Origin: Parcubacteria group bacterium M6-OD1-1
Lineage (GTDB): Bacteria; Patescibacteriota; Minisyncoccia; GWC2-36-17; M10-OD1-4
Length of the DNA: 64,000 nucleotides
Assembly (NCBI GenBank): GCA_003056085.1
Contig: LSNK01000005.1
Span: 10,122 to 74,121 of the forward strand
Reading direction: 5' to 3'
Shown: positions 8,440 through 17,626 of the stretch, one piece after another
Layout: every line of letters begins with the position of its first letter
Numbering within the stretch: the first letter of the stretch is position 1
The notes under the pieces: model-generated
Told to the model about the DNA's origin: nothing
Seen by the model: the letters and a program-made list of their open reading frames with translations, nothing else
Database searches by the model: none
Translations under genes and position numbers: made by a program

Positions 8440-9717
8440 TTAATTTGTTTTTTCCAATAAATTTAAAACTTTTTCATTTATAATCATCATCTGAGAATAC
8501 GCTTTCAACCTTCCCGGATCCATTGCATTGTTTGCTGATGCCAAATCTTTATATTTAAGCAAAATCTCGTTTATTTTCTCCGTTACTTCATCATCTCCAG
8601 CCTTTATCTCTTCTTGTTTTGCAATCTCTTCAATAATCATAGCCGATTTTATTCTTAGCTCCGCTTGAGGCTTCATATCATTTTTTAAATCTTCCTCTGT
8701 TTTTTTGATGCTTAAAAGATATGTTTCAAAATCCAATCCGTGCTGCTTGATGCCCATCTCCATTTCCTTAAGCATCTTATCCACCTCTTTTTTTATCATT
8801 ATTTCCGGTAATTCTATTCTTGATTCTTTAGCAATCTCTCCTACTAAAGAATTCCTGAATTCTTCTTTTTCTTTTGCCTCTTTCTCTTTTTTCATTCCAT
8901 CTCTTATATTTTTTTTAAGATCCTCTATAGTTTTAAAATTACCCAAAGAACTTACAAACTCATCATTAAGCTCCGGAAGCGATACTTCAATAACATTATT
9001 TAACTTTACAGAAAACTCCAGCTCCTTACCTGCTAATTCCTTTTTAAAATAACTTTTCGGGGCTTTAAGTTTAAACTTTTTCTCATCCCCCGCTTTCATT
9101 CCCTTAACATTATCTTCAAATCCTTCAATAAACTTTCCTCCTCCGATTTTAACAGGGTGATTCTTGGAATCTCCCCCCTCAATCTTTACACCATCAAGCC
9201 GAACCTCAAAGTTAACTTCCGCAATATCATCTTCTTTAACCTCTCTTTTAACAGATACTTCCTTTGCTCTTGAATTTTGAATTTGCGAAATTGTTTCTTC
9301 AATCTCCTTATCTTCTACTGTTATATTCTTTTCTCTTTTCTTTACAACATCTTTGGATATTTTTTTATAATCCGGAAGTTTTATTTCAGGATAAACAGAA
9401 ACAATAACATTAACAATTATCGGATTTCCTTCCGCCATTTTCTTAACATCCATCTTGGGATAATCCACGGCAAAAATATCATTTCTTCTCAAAAATTCCT
9501 CATATTTTTTTTCAATAGCAAGTCTGCCGGCTTCTTCAAAGATAGCCTGTTTTCCCACCATTTTTTCCAAAACATCTCTGGGAGCCTTGCCTTTCCTGAA
9601 GCCTTTTATTTCAATATCTTTTGAAATTTCTTTTGCTGCGTTATCCAAATAAACAGCAGCCTCATCCGGTGATATTTCAAGTTCAAATTCTAATTGTGAA
9701 TTGGGTAATTTTTTCAT
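8440..9717 (-). CDS. tig: Trigger factor
   Basis: GFRKGKAP signature, FKBP domain (FIEGFED), tig-clpP synteny. Confidence 0.96.
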   Translation of the reverse strand: MKKLPNSQLEFELEISPDEAAVYLDNAAKEISKDIEIKGFRKGKAPRDVLEKMVGKQAIFEEAGRLAIEKKYEEFLRRNDIFAVDYPKMDVKKMAEGNPIIVNVIVSVYPEIKLPDYKKISKDVVKKREKNITVEDKEIEETISQIQNSRAKEVSVKREVKEDDIAEVNFEVRLDGVKIEGGDSKNHPVKIGGGKFIEGFEDNVKGMKAGDEKKFKLKAPKSYFKKELAGKELEFSVKLNNVIEVSLPELNDEFVSSLGNFKTIEDLKKNIRDGMKKEKEAKEKEEFRNSLVGEIAKESRIELPEIMIKKEVDKMLKEMEMGIKQHGLDFETYLLSIKKTEEDLKNDMKPQAELRIKSAMIIEEIAKQEEIKAGDDEVTEKINEILLKYKDLASANNAMDPGRLKAYSQMMIINEKVLNLLEKTN

Positions 9718-9748
9718 TTTTTATTTTTTCGCTAAATTTAATTTATTC

Positions 9749-9995
9749 AAAAGTTTTAAATTTGAGTATAGGTCGTAGCCTCCCGTTTTATCCAAGAGCG
9801 CAGCGATTGGTTTTAAAACGCAGTGCTATTAGTATAAAAGTAAAAAGCGAAGGTGAAAATGTACTTATTAGTACGATGAACCAAGCGATGAACTTTTAGC
9901 AAGCTCCCTATTTGTTCAAATCTTTGATTTGATGACAAATAGCAGTACAGGAAGGCATTAGCTAAGTCGTAAGATATGCCAAATTTAAAACTTTT
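9749..9995 (+). repeat. Structured intergenic element, copy B, with 16-bp perfect terminal inverted repeats
   Basis: aaaagttttaaatttg (9749-9764) / caaatttaaaactttt (9980-9995); shares end and core motifs with 26116-26239. Confidence 0.7.
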
Positions 9996-10526
9996 CTACT
10001 TTTTAAATTTTTCTTTATATAATTCAATCCCCTCCAAGATTACTTCTTTGGCTTCTTTCACACCTAAAATTGCCGTAACTTCAACTTTTTTATTTTGTAA
10101 ATCTTTATAATGTTCATAATAATGCTTCAATTCAGCTAAAATATGCTCTTCTATATCTGAAACATCTTTTATTCCGTTAAACCTTGGGTCCTCTGTCGGA
10201 ACCGCGATAATTTTATCGTCTTTGTCTCCGCCGTCTATCATCTTTACAACAGCAATAGGTCTTACCTCCACTAAAATCCCCGGCACAAGAGCATAAGTTG
10301 TCATAACTAAAACATCCAACGGGTCATCATCATGCCAATAAGTTTGCGGTAAAAACCCATAATCCATAGGTGAGAACATCGCAGAATAAAGCACTCTGTC
10401 CAACTTCATTAAACCCGTGTCTTTATCTATTTCATATTTATTGGAAGATCCTCTTGGGATCTCTATTATTGCGTTAAATTTTTCCGGGACATCTTGTCCT
10501 AAAGGAATATCATGCCAAAGATTCAT
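9996..10526 (-). CDS. ppa: Inorganic pyrophosphatase (family I)
   Basis: IEIPRGSSNKYEIDK, LDRVL, YGFLPQT, DDDPLDVLV, DDKIIAVP. Confidence 0.97.
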   Translation of the reverse strand: MNLWHDIPLGQDVPEKFNAIIEIPRGSSNKYEIDKDTGLMKLDRVLYSAMFSPMDYGFLPQTYWHDDDPLDVLVMTTYALVPGILVEVRPIAVVKMIDGGDKDDKIIAVPTEDPRFNGIKDVSDIEEHILAELKHYYEHYKDLQNKKVEVTAILGVKEAKEVILEGIELYKEKFKK

Positions 10527-10616
10527 ATTTATGAATTAAGAATTATGAATTAAAAATTATGAATATATTAAAAAATATTTAATCGCCTTATTTTTAATTC
10601 TTGATTCTTTAATTAA

Positions 10617-12023
10617 TTATTTTTCTTCTTTAGACTCTTTCACATCTTCAGTTTCCAATTCTTCTTTCGTTTTTTCATTAGCTGCACCCTCTTTTTCTTT
10701 ATCCTCATTTTCTAAAACTTCGTCAGAAGAATCCTCTAAATCTGATCCTTCCGTATTTTTCTCAGCATCTTCCGCACCAGTCTCTTTTGTTGTTTCCGAG
10801 TCATCATCTTTTTTTTCTGTTTCCTCTAAATTCTCTTGCTTATCTTCAGAAGAAATATCTTCGCTTTCTGGAGATTTAACATCTATTTTCCATCCTGTTA
10901 GTTTTGCCGCAAGTCTAACATTTTGCCCTCCCTTGCCTATTGCGAGAGAAAGCTGGTCGTTAGGAACTGTTACTGTAGCTTCTTTTTGCTCTTCATTTAT
11001 TTCAATATCAAGAACCTTAGCGGGAGACAGCGCATTTGAAATAAACTCTCCAGGATCTTCCGACCACTCCACTATATCTATTTTTTCCCTATTTAATTCA
11101 GAAATAATCGTATCAATTCTGCTTCCTTTTTGACCAACACATGAACCAATAGGATCAATTCCTTCCTGATCTGTAAAAACAGCTACTTTTGATCTTGCGC
11201 CGGCCTCTCTTGCTATTGATTTTATCTCCACAACACCGGAAGCAATTTCCGGTATTTCAAGTTCAAATAATTTAGCAATCATTTTTGGATGCGATCTTGA
11301 AACAGAAATAACAGGCCCCTTTGTGGTGGTTTCCACCTTAACTATATAAACTCTTAATCTTTCTCCTATTCTATAATGCTCTCCCGGAACCTGCTCCTCA
11401 GCATACATCATTCCTGTAGTCTTTCCTAAATCAACAATAATATTTCTTCCTTCAATTCTTTGAACCTGAACACTTATAATTTCCCCCTCTTTCTCTTTAA
11501 ATTCTGAAAGAACAACTTCCCTTTCAACCTCACGCAACCTCTGAACTATAACTTGTTTTGCGGTTTGTGCCGCTATTCTTCCAAAATCATCATGCGGCTC
11601 AAGAGGAAAAACAATTTCGTCATCAAGTTTAGCTCCTTTTTTTATCTTTTTGGCATCATCAATCATTATATGCCTATCCTCATTAAACCTGACTTTCCTT
11701 ATATAATTTTCATCCTCTTCTGATTTTCTTTTTTCTTCTTCTAAAAAAGACAACCTCTCCTCATCAGACATAGCCTCTTCTTTTGTGACCTCCTCTTCAG
11801 ATTTTACACGAGTTTCATCAACAACAGTTTTTATCTGAAAAACTTTTATTTGACCGGTTTCCGGATCAAGAGTGGATCTTATAATTTGGCTTTTTGTGCC
11901 GTAATCTTTTTTGTATGCAGCCGCTATGGCAATCTCTATTGTTTCTATAATCTTTTCTTTAGGAATGCCCTTTTCTTCAGCAATTTGATTTATAGCAACT
12001 AAAAATTGTTTTGTATCTATCAT
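10617..12023 (-). CDS. nusA: Transcription termination/antitermination factor NusA with acidic C-terminal tail
   Basis: FGRIAAQTAKQVI, AREAGARSKVAV, DPIGSCVG, SLAIGKGGQNVRLAAKLTGWKID. Confidence 0.97.
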   Translation of the reverse strand: MIDTKQFLVAINQIAEEKGIPKEKIIETIEIAIAAAYKKDYGTKSQIIRSTLDPETGQIKVFQIKTVVDETRVKSEEEVTKEEAMSDEERLSFLEEEKRKSEEDENYIRKVRFNEDRHIMIDDAKKIKKGAKLDDEIVFPLEPHDDFGRIAAQTAKQVIVQRLREVEREVVLSEFKEKEGEIISVQVQRIEGRNIIVDLGKTTGMMYAEEQVPGEHYRIGERLRVYIVKVETTTKGPVISVSRSHPKMIAKLFELEIPEIASGVVEIKSIAREAGARSKVAVFTDQEGIDPIGSCVGQKGSRIDTIISELNREKIDIVEWSEDPGEFISNALSPAKVLDIEINEEQKEATVTVPNDQLSLAIGKGGQNVRLAAKLTGWKIDVKSPESEDISSEDKQENLEETEKKDDDSETTKETGAEDAEKNTEGSDLEDSSDEVLENEDKEKEGAANEKTKEELETEDVKESKEEK

Positions 12024-12108
12024 ATTAAATGTAGGGTTTAGCGATTAACAATTAGCGGTTAATAAAAACTAAACGCTCAGTGCTAAATGCTATACGCTTT
12101 TTACTATT

Positions 12109-12188
12109 AAAAATGCCCGCCACCCAATGACAGACATTAATCAAACTCTTAACTATTTTATGGTAATTTATTTTTTTATTCGTGTCAA
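12109..12188 (-). promoter_or_regulatory. nusA promoter and leader terminator hairpin (putative attenuator)
   Basis: TTGACA (12183-12188)-17 nt-TACCAT (12160-12165), then aatgtctgtca-ttggg-tggcgggcatt followed by a T run. Confidence 0.6.
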
Positions 12189-12261
12189 TACCTGTGCAAA
12201 AATTGACAAATTAGATTATATATGACATAGTTTTTACAAATTCCTTTTAGGAAATGCGATT

Positions 12262-12495
12262 ATGCGTCTGTCCAAAAAAACTTGTTTTAAAATTTTATTG
12301 CATAGTTTTTTCTCAGCAATACCTTGTGGATTTTTAGCGTTTGCCATTTCTTTTTTTTCTGCTGATTTCTTTTTTCTTGGTAATATTAATCTTCAAAAAA
12401 TATTTATAATTCTTGCCGTTTTCATGTCATTTATAACTATCTTTTTGATTGAAATATCCAATAAAAAGACATTTGTGAAAATGGGTTGGAATTAA
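12262..12495 (+). CDS. Small two-TM hypothetical membrane protein
   Basis: 77 aa, two hydrophobic segments, own TTGACA promoter at 12203 and a downstream hairpin with T run near 12520-12553. Confidence 0.55.
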   Translation: MRLSKKTCFKILLHSFFSAIPCGFLAFAISFFSADFFFLGNINLQKIFIILAVFMSFITIFLIEISNKKTFVKMGWN

Positions 12496-12574
12496 AGCTG
12501 TCAAAAAATCAATAACTCGGAACGTCCTTGTACAACACAAGGACGCTTTTTTTATTTTATACATCTTTAAACAT

Positions 12575-12814
12575 ATTTCCCATTTCCCAAATATATTTCC
12601 CTTTGTCTTTTCACATAAAATTAGGTAAATAAAAGCTTATCCAGCTAATAAGGAAAAAATGTGGATATTTATTTCCCTTTTATTTCCTTATTATTTCCCT
12701 ATTACTTCACATTTTATCCACAGGTCTGAGATTGTGTATTATATTAGATATTAATGCTATTATTTTACTATAAAATTTAATTTCCTTATTCTTAATATCA
12801 AGTTTATAATTTCC
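12575..12814. repeat. ATTTCC repeat cluster with DnaA-box-like 9-mers
   Basis: ATTTCC at 12575, 12582, 12595, 12671, 12682, 12693, 12780, 12809; TTATCCACA 12714-12722; TGTGGATAT 12660-12668. Confidence 0.7.
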
Positions 12815-12836
12815 TTATTATTAATATTAAACTTTA

Positions 12837-13202
12837 ATGCTTACTCAAAAAAGAAAATTTGGAGACATAGGAGAAAAAATAGCTTCTAAATACTTAAAAG
12901 AGAACGGTTATCTCATAATAAAGAGAAATTACCAAGTTAAGTTTGGGGAAATTGATATTATAGCAAAAAAAGATAAGGAAATTACTTTTGTAGAAGTAAA
13001 AACATCTAATAATATCTCTTTAATACGCCCTGAAGAAAATCTAACAAGATCAAAAATCGAAAAATTGAGCAAAACTATTGAAATATACCTCTCCTCTAAT
13101 GTAATACCCGAAACATACACATGGAGATTGGATTTAATATCCATAAAACTCAATAAAGAAACAGGTAAGGCCATCTTAGAACACTTTAAGAATATATATT
13201 AA
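12837..13202 (+). CDS. YraN family (UPF0102) PD-(D/E)XK nuclease-like protein
   Basis: GDIGEKIASKYL..GY.II.RNY...GEIDIIA....ITFVEVKT. Confidence 0.93.
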   Translation: MLTQKRKFGDIGEKIASKYLKENGYLIIKRNYQVKFGEIDIIAKKDKEITFVEVKTSNNISLIRPEENLTRSKIEKLSKTIEIYLSSNVIPETYTWRLDLISIKLNKETGKAILEHFKNIY

Positions 13203-13233
13203 AAGTCATAAGCAGCAAACTATAAAATTTAAG

Positions 13234-13474
13234 TTATTTAATACTTTTTGATAAACTATTAATTATTTTACCAATTTCTATAGCTTTATTAGTTAGTTCT
13301 TCACTCTTTCTTGTTCAGATATAAATTAATTTATATCTGAACAAGAAATCCTGCTTTAATTCTTTTAAGAGAAGTGCTCGCCATAACTAAAAAATCTTTT
13401 CTATTTCTTGAATCTTGCGCTTACTATTTCCCTATCATGCTCTCTGTCATAGAAATAAACGCCTTACAACTCAT
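13234..13474 (-). pseudogene. Degraded four-helix-bundle (23S rRNA IVS protein-like) gene
   Basis: Manual translation across a frameshift and stops: ...RKDFLVMASTSLK/ELKQDFLFRYKLIYI*TRKSEELTNKAIEIGKIINSLSKSIK*, matching the family C-terminal pattern (IARGSL.EL..QL.....LGYI......EI.KM.NGLIKS). Confidence 0.5.
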
Positions 13475-13530
13475 GATTTTAAGCTTACAAATAACACCTG
13501 CGTAATACCCGAAACACTTTTTTTTTAAAA

Positions 13531-13569
13531 AATAGCTTTAAATTATGAAATTCATAATTTAAAGCTATT
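13531..13569. terminator. 19-bp perfect inverted repeat right after the cca stop
   Basis: aatagctttaaattatgaa-a-ttcataatttaaagctatt. Confidence 0.55.
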
Positions 13570-13571
13570 AA

Positions 13572-14990
13572 TTAGACCTTAAATTTTCTTTTTTCTTCTT
13601 TTTCAATAATTTTTATCTGTTCTTCAGACTTTTTAACCATTGACGCAAGCTCACTTATTGAAAAATCATTTAGTTTCTTCACTTTTTTTTCTAAATATTC
13701 TTTTTTGTTTCTATTAGGATCATCTAAAACCTCAGAAAGCAACGCGTTTAACAGCAACCCTACTTTTGGTCCCGGCTTTATATTTAAAAGCTTTATCACC
13801 TCATCACCCTTTATTTTAAGCATTTTTACAGAAACCGGGTCTTTTGAGACCTTATTTACCATATATCTAAAATGCCTCAACTTATACGGCTCTGCTTTAG
13901 GAGTTCCTGAACCTATTCTATCCGCAAACCTAACCTTAATTAAATCCTCAATATTTTCCAAACCGACCTTAACAACAAGCCTTCTTACTGAAGAATCTGT
14001 AACTTCTCCAACATTATAGTAAAAAAGATGATATTTAACTAATAAGGAAATTTTGTCAATTTCCTTATTAGAGAATTTCAATCTTTTCATTATTTTTTTA
14101 GTAATTTTAGCACCAACTATATCGTGGTTATAAAAAGTTGCATTATACCCTTTTCCTCTTTTTGTTTGAGGTTTTGCAACATCATGAAATAGAGCGCTTA
14201 GTCTTACTTCTAAAGAATATTTTTGATCTGCTGTATACTGCAAAGCTCTTGTATTATGCTCATAAACATCGTAGATATGGTGTTTATTCTGTTCAACCCC
14301 CACTCCGGCTAATGTTTCGGGCATCACATAGTTAAGAATGTTAAGCTTAACCATAAGATCAAACCCATACTTTGGATGATCTGAAAGTACAATTTTAATA
14401 AGCTCATCTCTTATTCTTTCTTTTGAAATATAATCAATATTTCCTGATAATTTCCTTATTATTTTTTCCGTTTCCCCTTCAATAGGGAAATCCAGCTGTG
14501 ATGCAAATCTTACAGCCCTCATAAGTCTTAGGGCATCTTCTTTAAATCTTTCTTCAGGATCACCAACAGCTCGGATAAGTTTTTCTTTTAAGTCTCTTTG
14601 ACCACCAAATAAGTCAATTATTTTGCCATCAGCTCCTAAAGCCATAGCATTTATGGTAAAATCACGCCTTTTTAAGTCCTCTTTTAGACTTTTTGTATAT
14701 TTTACAGAATCGGGGTGCCTCTTATCTGAATACTTCTGATCAACTCTATAAGTAGTTATTTCCATTTGAAATAAATCAACAAAGACTGTAACTGTTCCAA
14801 ATTTATTTTCATAAAAATTTTTAGGAAATATTTTTTGAATTTCTTCCGGCAATGCGCTTGTGGCAATATCCCAATCTTTTGGTTCCTTATTAATAAGGAA
14901 ATCGCGAACACAACCGCCGACAGCATAAGCTTCAAATCCCGATTTTTTTAATTCATTTATTGCAAAAATAACTTCTTTTGGCAATTTCAT
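13572..14990 (-). CDS. cca: CCA tRNA nucleotidyltransferase with HD domain
   Basis: AVGGCVRD...KDWDIAT, DLKRRDFTINAMA, RFKEDALRLMRAVRF, HD domain (H...LFHDVAKP); ATG 14990 preferred. Confidence 0.92.
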   Translation of the reverse strand: MKLPKEVIFAINELKKSGFEAYAVGGCVRDFLINKEPKDWDIATSALPEEIQKIFPKNFYENKFGTVTVFVDLFQMEITTYRVDQKYSDKRHPDSVKYTKSLKEDLKRRDFTINAMALGADGKIIDLFGGQRDLKEKLIRAVGDPEERFKEDALRLMRAVRFASQLDFPIEGETEKIIRKLSGNIDYISKERIRDELIKIVLSDHPKYGFDLMVKLNILNYVMPETLAGVGVEQNKHHIYDVYEHNTRALQYTADQKYSLEVRLSALFHDVAKPQTKRGKGYNATFYNHDIVGAKITKKIMKRLKFSNKEIDKISLLVKYHLFYYNVGEVTDSSVRRLVVKVGLENIEDLIKVRFADRIGSGTPKAEPYKLRHFRYMVNKVSKDPVSVKMLKIKGDEVIKLLNIKPGPKVGLLLNALLSEVLDDPNRNKKEYLEKKVKKLNDFSISELASMVKKSEEQIKIIEKEEKRKFKV

Positions 14991-15083
14991 TGTTTTTGTA
15001 TTAATTAATAAAATATAGCAAATATTTGCTTTCAAAACAAATCTGTTGTAATTTTATATAGTAATATTGCTAATAATTCTTAA

Positions 15084-15155
15084 GCCTTTGTAGTTTAATG
15101 GATAGAACGCAGCTTTGCGGAAGCTGTAATCGAGGTCCGATTCCTCGCAAAGGCA
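15084..15155 (+). tRNA. tRNA-Arg(GCG), CCA not encoded
   Basis: GCCTTTG/CAAAGGC acceptor stem; CAGCT-TT GCG GA-AGCTG anticodon arm; CGAGG-TCCGATT-CCTCG T arm. Confidence 0.92.
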
Positions 15156-15224
15156 CAAAATTAAATTTTCCTTTACTGTGAAATTATATAAATATATTTA
15201 ACAATAATTTTATAACTTTGTCAA

Positions 15225-16418
15225 ATGATTTTTTTAAAAAGAGAGCACCCTAAAAAACTAAAAATAACCACCCGACTAACTTTTGTTTTTTTATTTTTTA
15301 CTTTAGGTTATGCCATGATGGAGAGTTTTTTCTCTATTTATATGGTGCAAATTTATGATTTAAGCAAGTCAGAAATTGGATACATAGCCTCTCTTGCTAT
15401 GTTTTTTGCTCTTTTAATTTCGTTTTTTTTCAGCGTTACTTTGGAAAGATTTCATGAAAAAAAACTTCTTTATTTATCAATGGCGTCTCTTGTTGTTTTG
15501 TATTCTTTTTTAGCATTTAATAAATCTGTAATTTTGTTGATTATTATTTTTGTTTTGATAAGAGTTTTTCAGGCTGTAAGAACAAATTCCTTGGGAATAT
15601 TGTATAGGGATAATTCTAAAGACAAGGAACTTAATAAAAATGAGGGTTTTTTATATGCTGTCTATAATTTAGCTTGGTTCTTAGCGCCAATATTAGCAGG
15701 GTTTTTTCTGCTGAAATATGAAATTCAAAATCTTTTTTTATTTGGAAGCTCTTTTCTTTTAGCAGGATTTTTATATTATTCAATTTTGGATGTCAAGGAC
15801 GGCAATCATAAAACAAAACGAAATGAAAAAACCGCTTTAAAAGAAATGCTTCTTAATATCAAAAGTTTTTTTTCCAATACTCTTTATGTTAAATCTTACT
15901 TAATAGTTTCTGGGATTTATATTTGGTGGGGAGTTGTCTATATTTTTACGCCTCTTGAAATTATTGAAAATAATTTAGGAGACTCTGCTGTTGCTGTTTT
16001 TATGGCTCTTGTGCTTCTTCCTGTTGTTTTGTCAGAATACAAAACAGCCCTTTTAGTAGAAAAATTGGGCTTTAAAAAGACTTTTTTTATTGGCTATATT
16101 ATAATAATTTTGGCAACGGCAATGGCATTTTTTCTTGATGATATACATTTAAAATTAACAGCCTTAATAATCGGCGCCTTTGGAACTGCATTTATAGAAC
16201 CCCTAAAAGATATATTATTTTTTAAAAATACAGATGGGGAAGACGAAGAAAAACACTATTCTATTTTTAACAGCTCAGCTATGTTTGGATCACTGGTTGG
16301 CGGATTAATATTTGGGAGTTTCTTTTATTTTGTTTCAAGTATATCGTATGCTTACCTTTTATTGGCTGCAATTATGGCATTATTTTTGATTCCTATTTTT
16401 AAGTTAAAAAATATATAA
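15225..16418 (+). CDS. MFS transporter
   Basis: About 12 hydrophobic segments in two halves, 397 aa, NLAWFLAPILAG and EKLGFKK MFS-like motifs. Confidence 0.85.
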   Translation: MIFLKREHPKKLKITTRLTFVFLFFTLGYAMMESFFSIYMVQIYDLSKSEIGYIASLAMFFALLISFFFSVTLERFHEKKLLYLSMASLVVLYSFLAFNKSVILLIIIFVLIRVFQAVRTNSLGILYRDNSKDKELNKNEGFLYAVYNLAWFLAPILAGFFLLKYEIQNLFLFGSSFLLAGFLYYSILDVKDGNHKTKRNEKTALKEMLLNIKSFFSNTLYVKSYLIVSGIYIWWGVVYIFTPLEIIENNLGDSAVAVFMALVLLPVVLSEYKTALLVEKLGFKKTFFIGYIIIILATAMAFFLDDIHLKLTALIIGAFGTAFIEPLKDILFFKNTDGEDEEKHYSIFNSSAMFGSLVGGLIFGSFFYFVSSISYAYLLLAAIMALFLIPIFKLKNI

Positions 16419-16577
16419 AACTTCATATAATTCTATTTTTTTATAAAAATACCCTTTTTTATACATCTATAAAAATATTTAGGCATTGGATGCGAGGATT
16501 GCTCTGTCTCTTGCTTTTTTTTTGATTATGTGATATTGTAAGTAAACTTTAATAAATATAAAGAGATACAAATAACT

Positions 16578-16844
16578 ATGATGACACCGGAAAAAAAAGC
16601 AGAAACAATCAAAAAACTAAGAGTACATAAAAATGATACGGGTTCTCCGGAAGCGCAAATAGCGCTTTTTTCAGAAAGGATAACTGAGCTGACAGACCAT
16701 CTTAAAAAACACCCAAAAGACAACCACTCAAGAAGGGGACTTATAAAAATGGTAACCAAAAGAAAAAGCTTACTTAACTACTTAGGAAGAAAAAACGAAA
16801 AGAGACACGCTTCTTTGGTTAAAAAACTCGGTTTAAGAAAATAA
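16578..16844 (+). CDS. rpsO: 30S ribosomal protein S15
   Basis: [30 protein letters not shown]. Confidence 0.98.
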   Translation: MMTPEKKAETIKKLRVHKNDTGSPEAQIALFSERITELTDHLKKHPKDNHSRRGLIKMVTKRKSLLNYLGRKNEKRHASLVKKLGLRK

Positions 16845-16853
16845 AGGATTTGT

Positions 16854-16892
16854 TTAAAATTACAATCTTAAGTTATAAGATTGTAATTTTAA
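16854..16892 (+). terminator. 17-bp inverted repeat after rpsO
   Basis: ttaaaattacaatctta-agtta-taagattgtaattttaa. Confidence 0.55.
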
Positions 16893-16972
16893 TAATAAAT
16901 CTTTCTATCTTTGAAATTTATTATTTTTAATTTTCTATTGTAATTTTGCACTCTGCATTTTACACTTTTATT

Positions 16973-17494
16973 ATGCCAGTTATAAAACATCCTAATCAAA
17001 GAGTCGGTATATTCTTAGACGTTCAAAACCTATACCACTCAGCAAAAAACCTTTATAAAGCAAAGGTTAATTTTAAAGAGGTATTAAAAACAGCAACTGC
17101 AAACAGACAACTTGTCCGCGCCATTGGTTATGTAATATCTACAGAATCCGGAGAAGAAAAAACATTTTTTGAAGCTTTAACAAAATTAGGAATAGAAACA
17201 AAAGAAAAAGAACTGCAAATATTTTTTGGAGGAGCTAAAAAGGCAGATTGGGATGTAGCAATAGCGGTTGATTCGCTAAGATTAGCTCCATCTTTGGATA
17301 CAGTGGTGCTTTGTTCCGGCGATGGCGATTTTATACCTCTTGTTCAACAACTTCAAAGCATGGGGAAACAAGTTGAAGTGATAGCATTTTCAAAAAGCGC
17401 ATCATCTAAACTGCAGGAAACTTGCGATGATTTCGTTGATCTTTGCGATGATCCGGGAAAATATCTTTTAGGAAAAGGAAGGAAGAAAAAATAA
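16973..17494 (+). CDS. NYN domain protein (LabA/DUF88, PIN-fold nuclease)
   Basis: FLDVQNLY, KKADWDVAIAVD, SGDGDFIPL, S..L...CD.F motifs; ATG 16973. Confidence 0.9.
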   Translation: MPVIKHPNQRVGIFLDVQNLYHSAKNLYKAKVNFKEVLKTATANRQLVRAIGYVISTESGEEKTFFEALTKLGIETKEKELQIFFGGAKKADWDVAIAVDSLRLAPSLDTVVLCSGDGDFIPLVQQLQSMGKQVEVIAFSKSASSKLQETCDDFVDLCDDPGKYLLGKGRKKK

Positions 17495-17626
17495 TTATTT
17501 ATTATAATTTAAAACATAATTAATATCGTTTAAATTTGATATCTAAATATGTAGGCTAACTTTTTACTTAAATTTTAAAAAGCAGTCTAAAATTTGGGTG
17601 TCAGAAAAAAACGATTATTTAAAATA

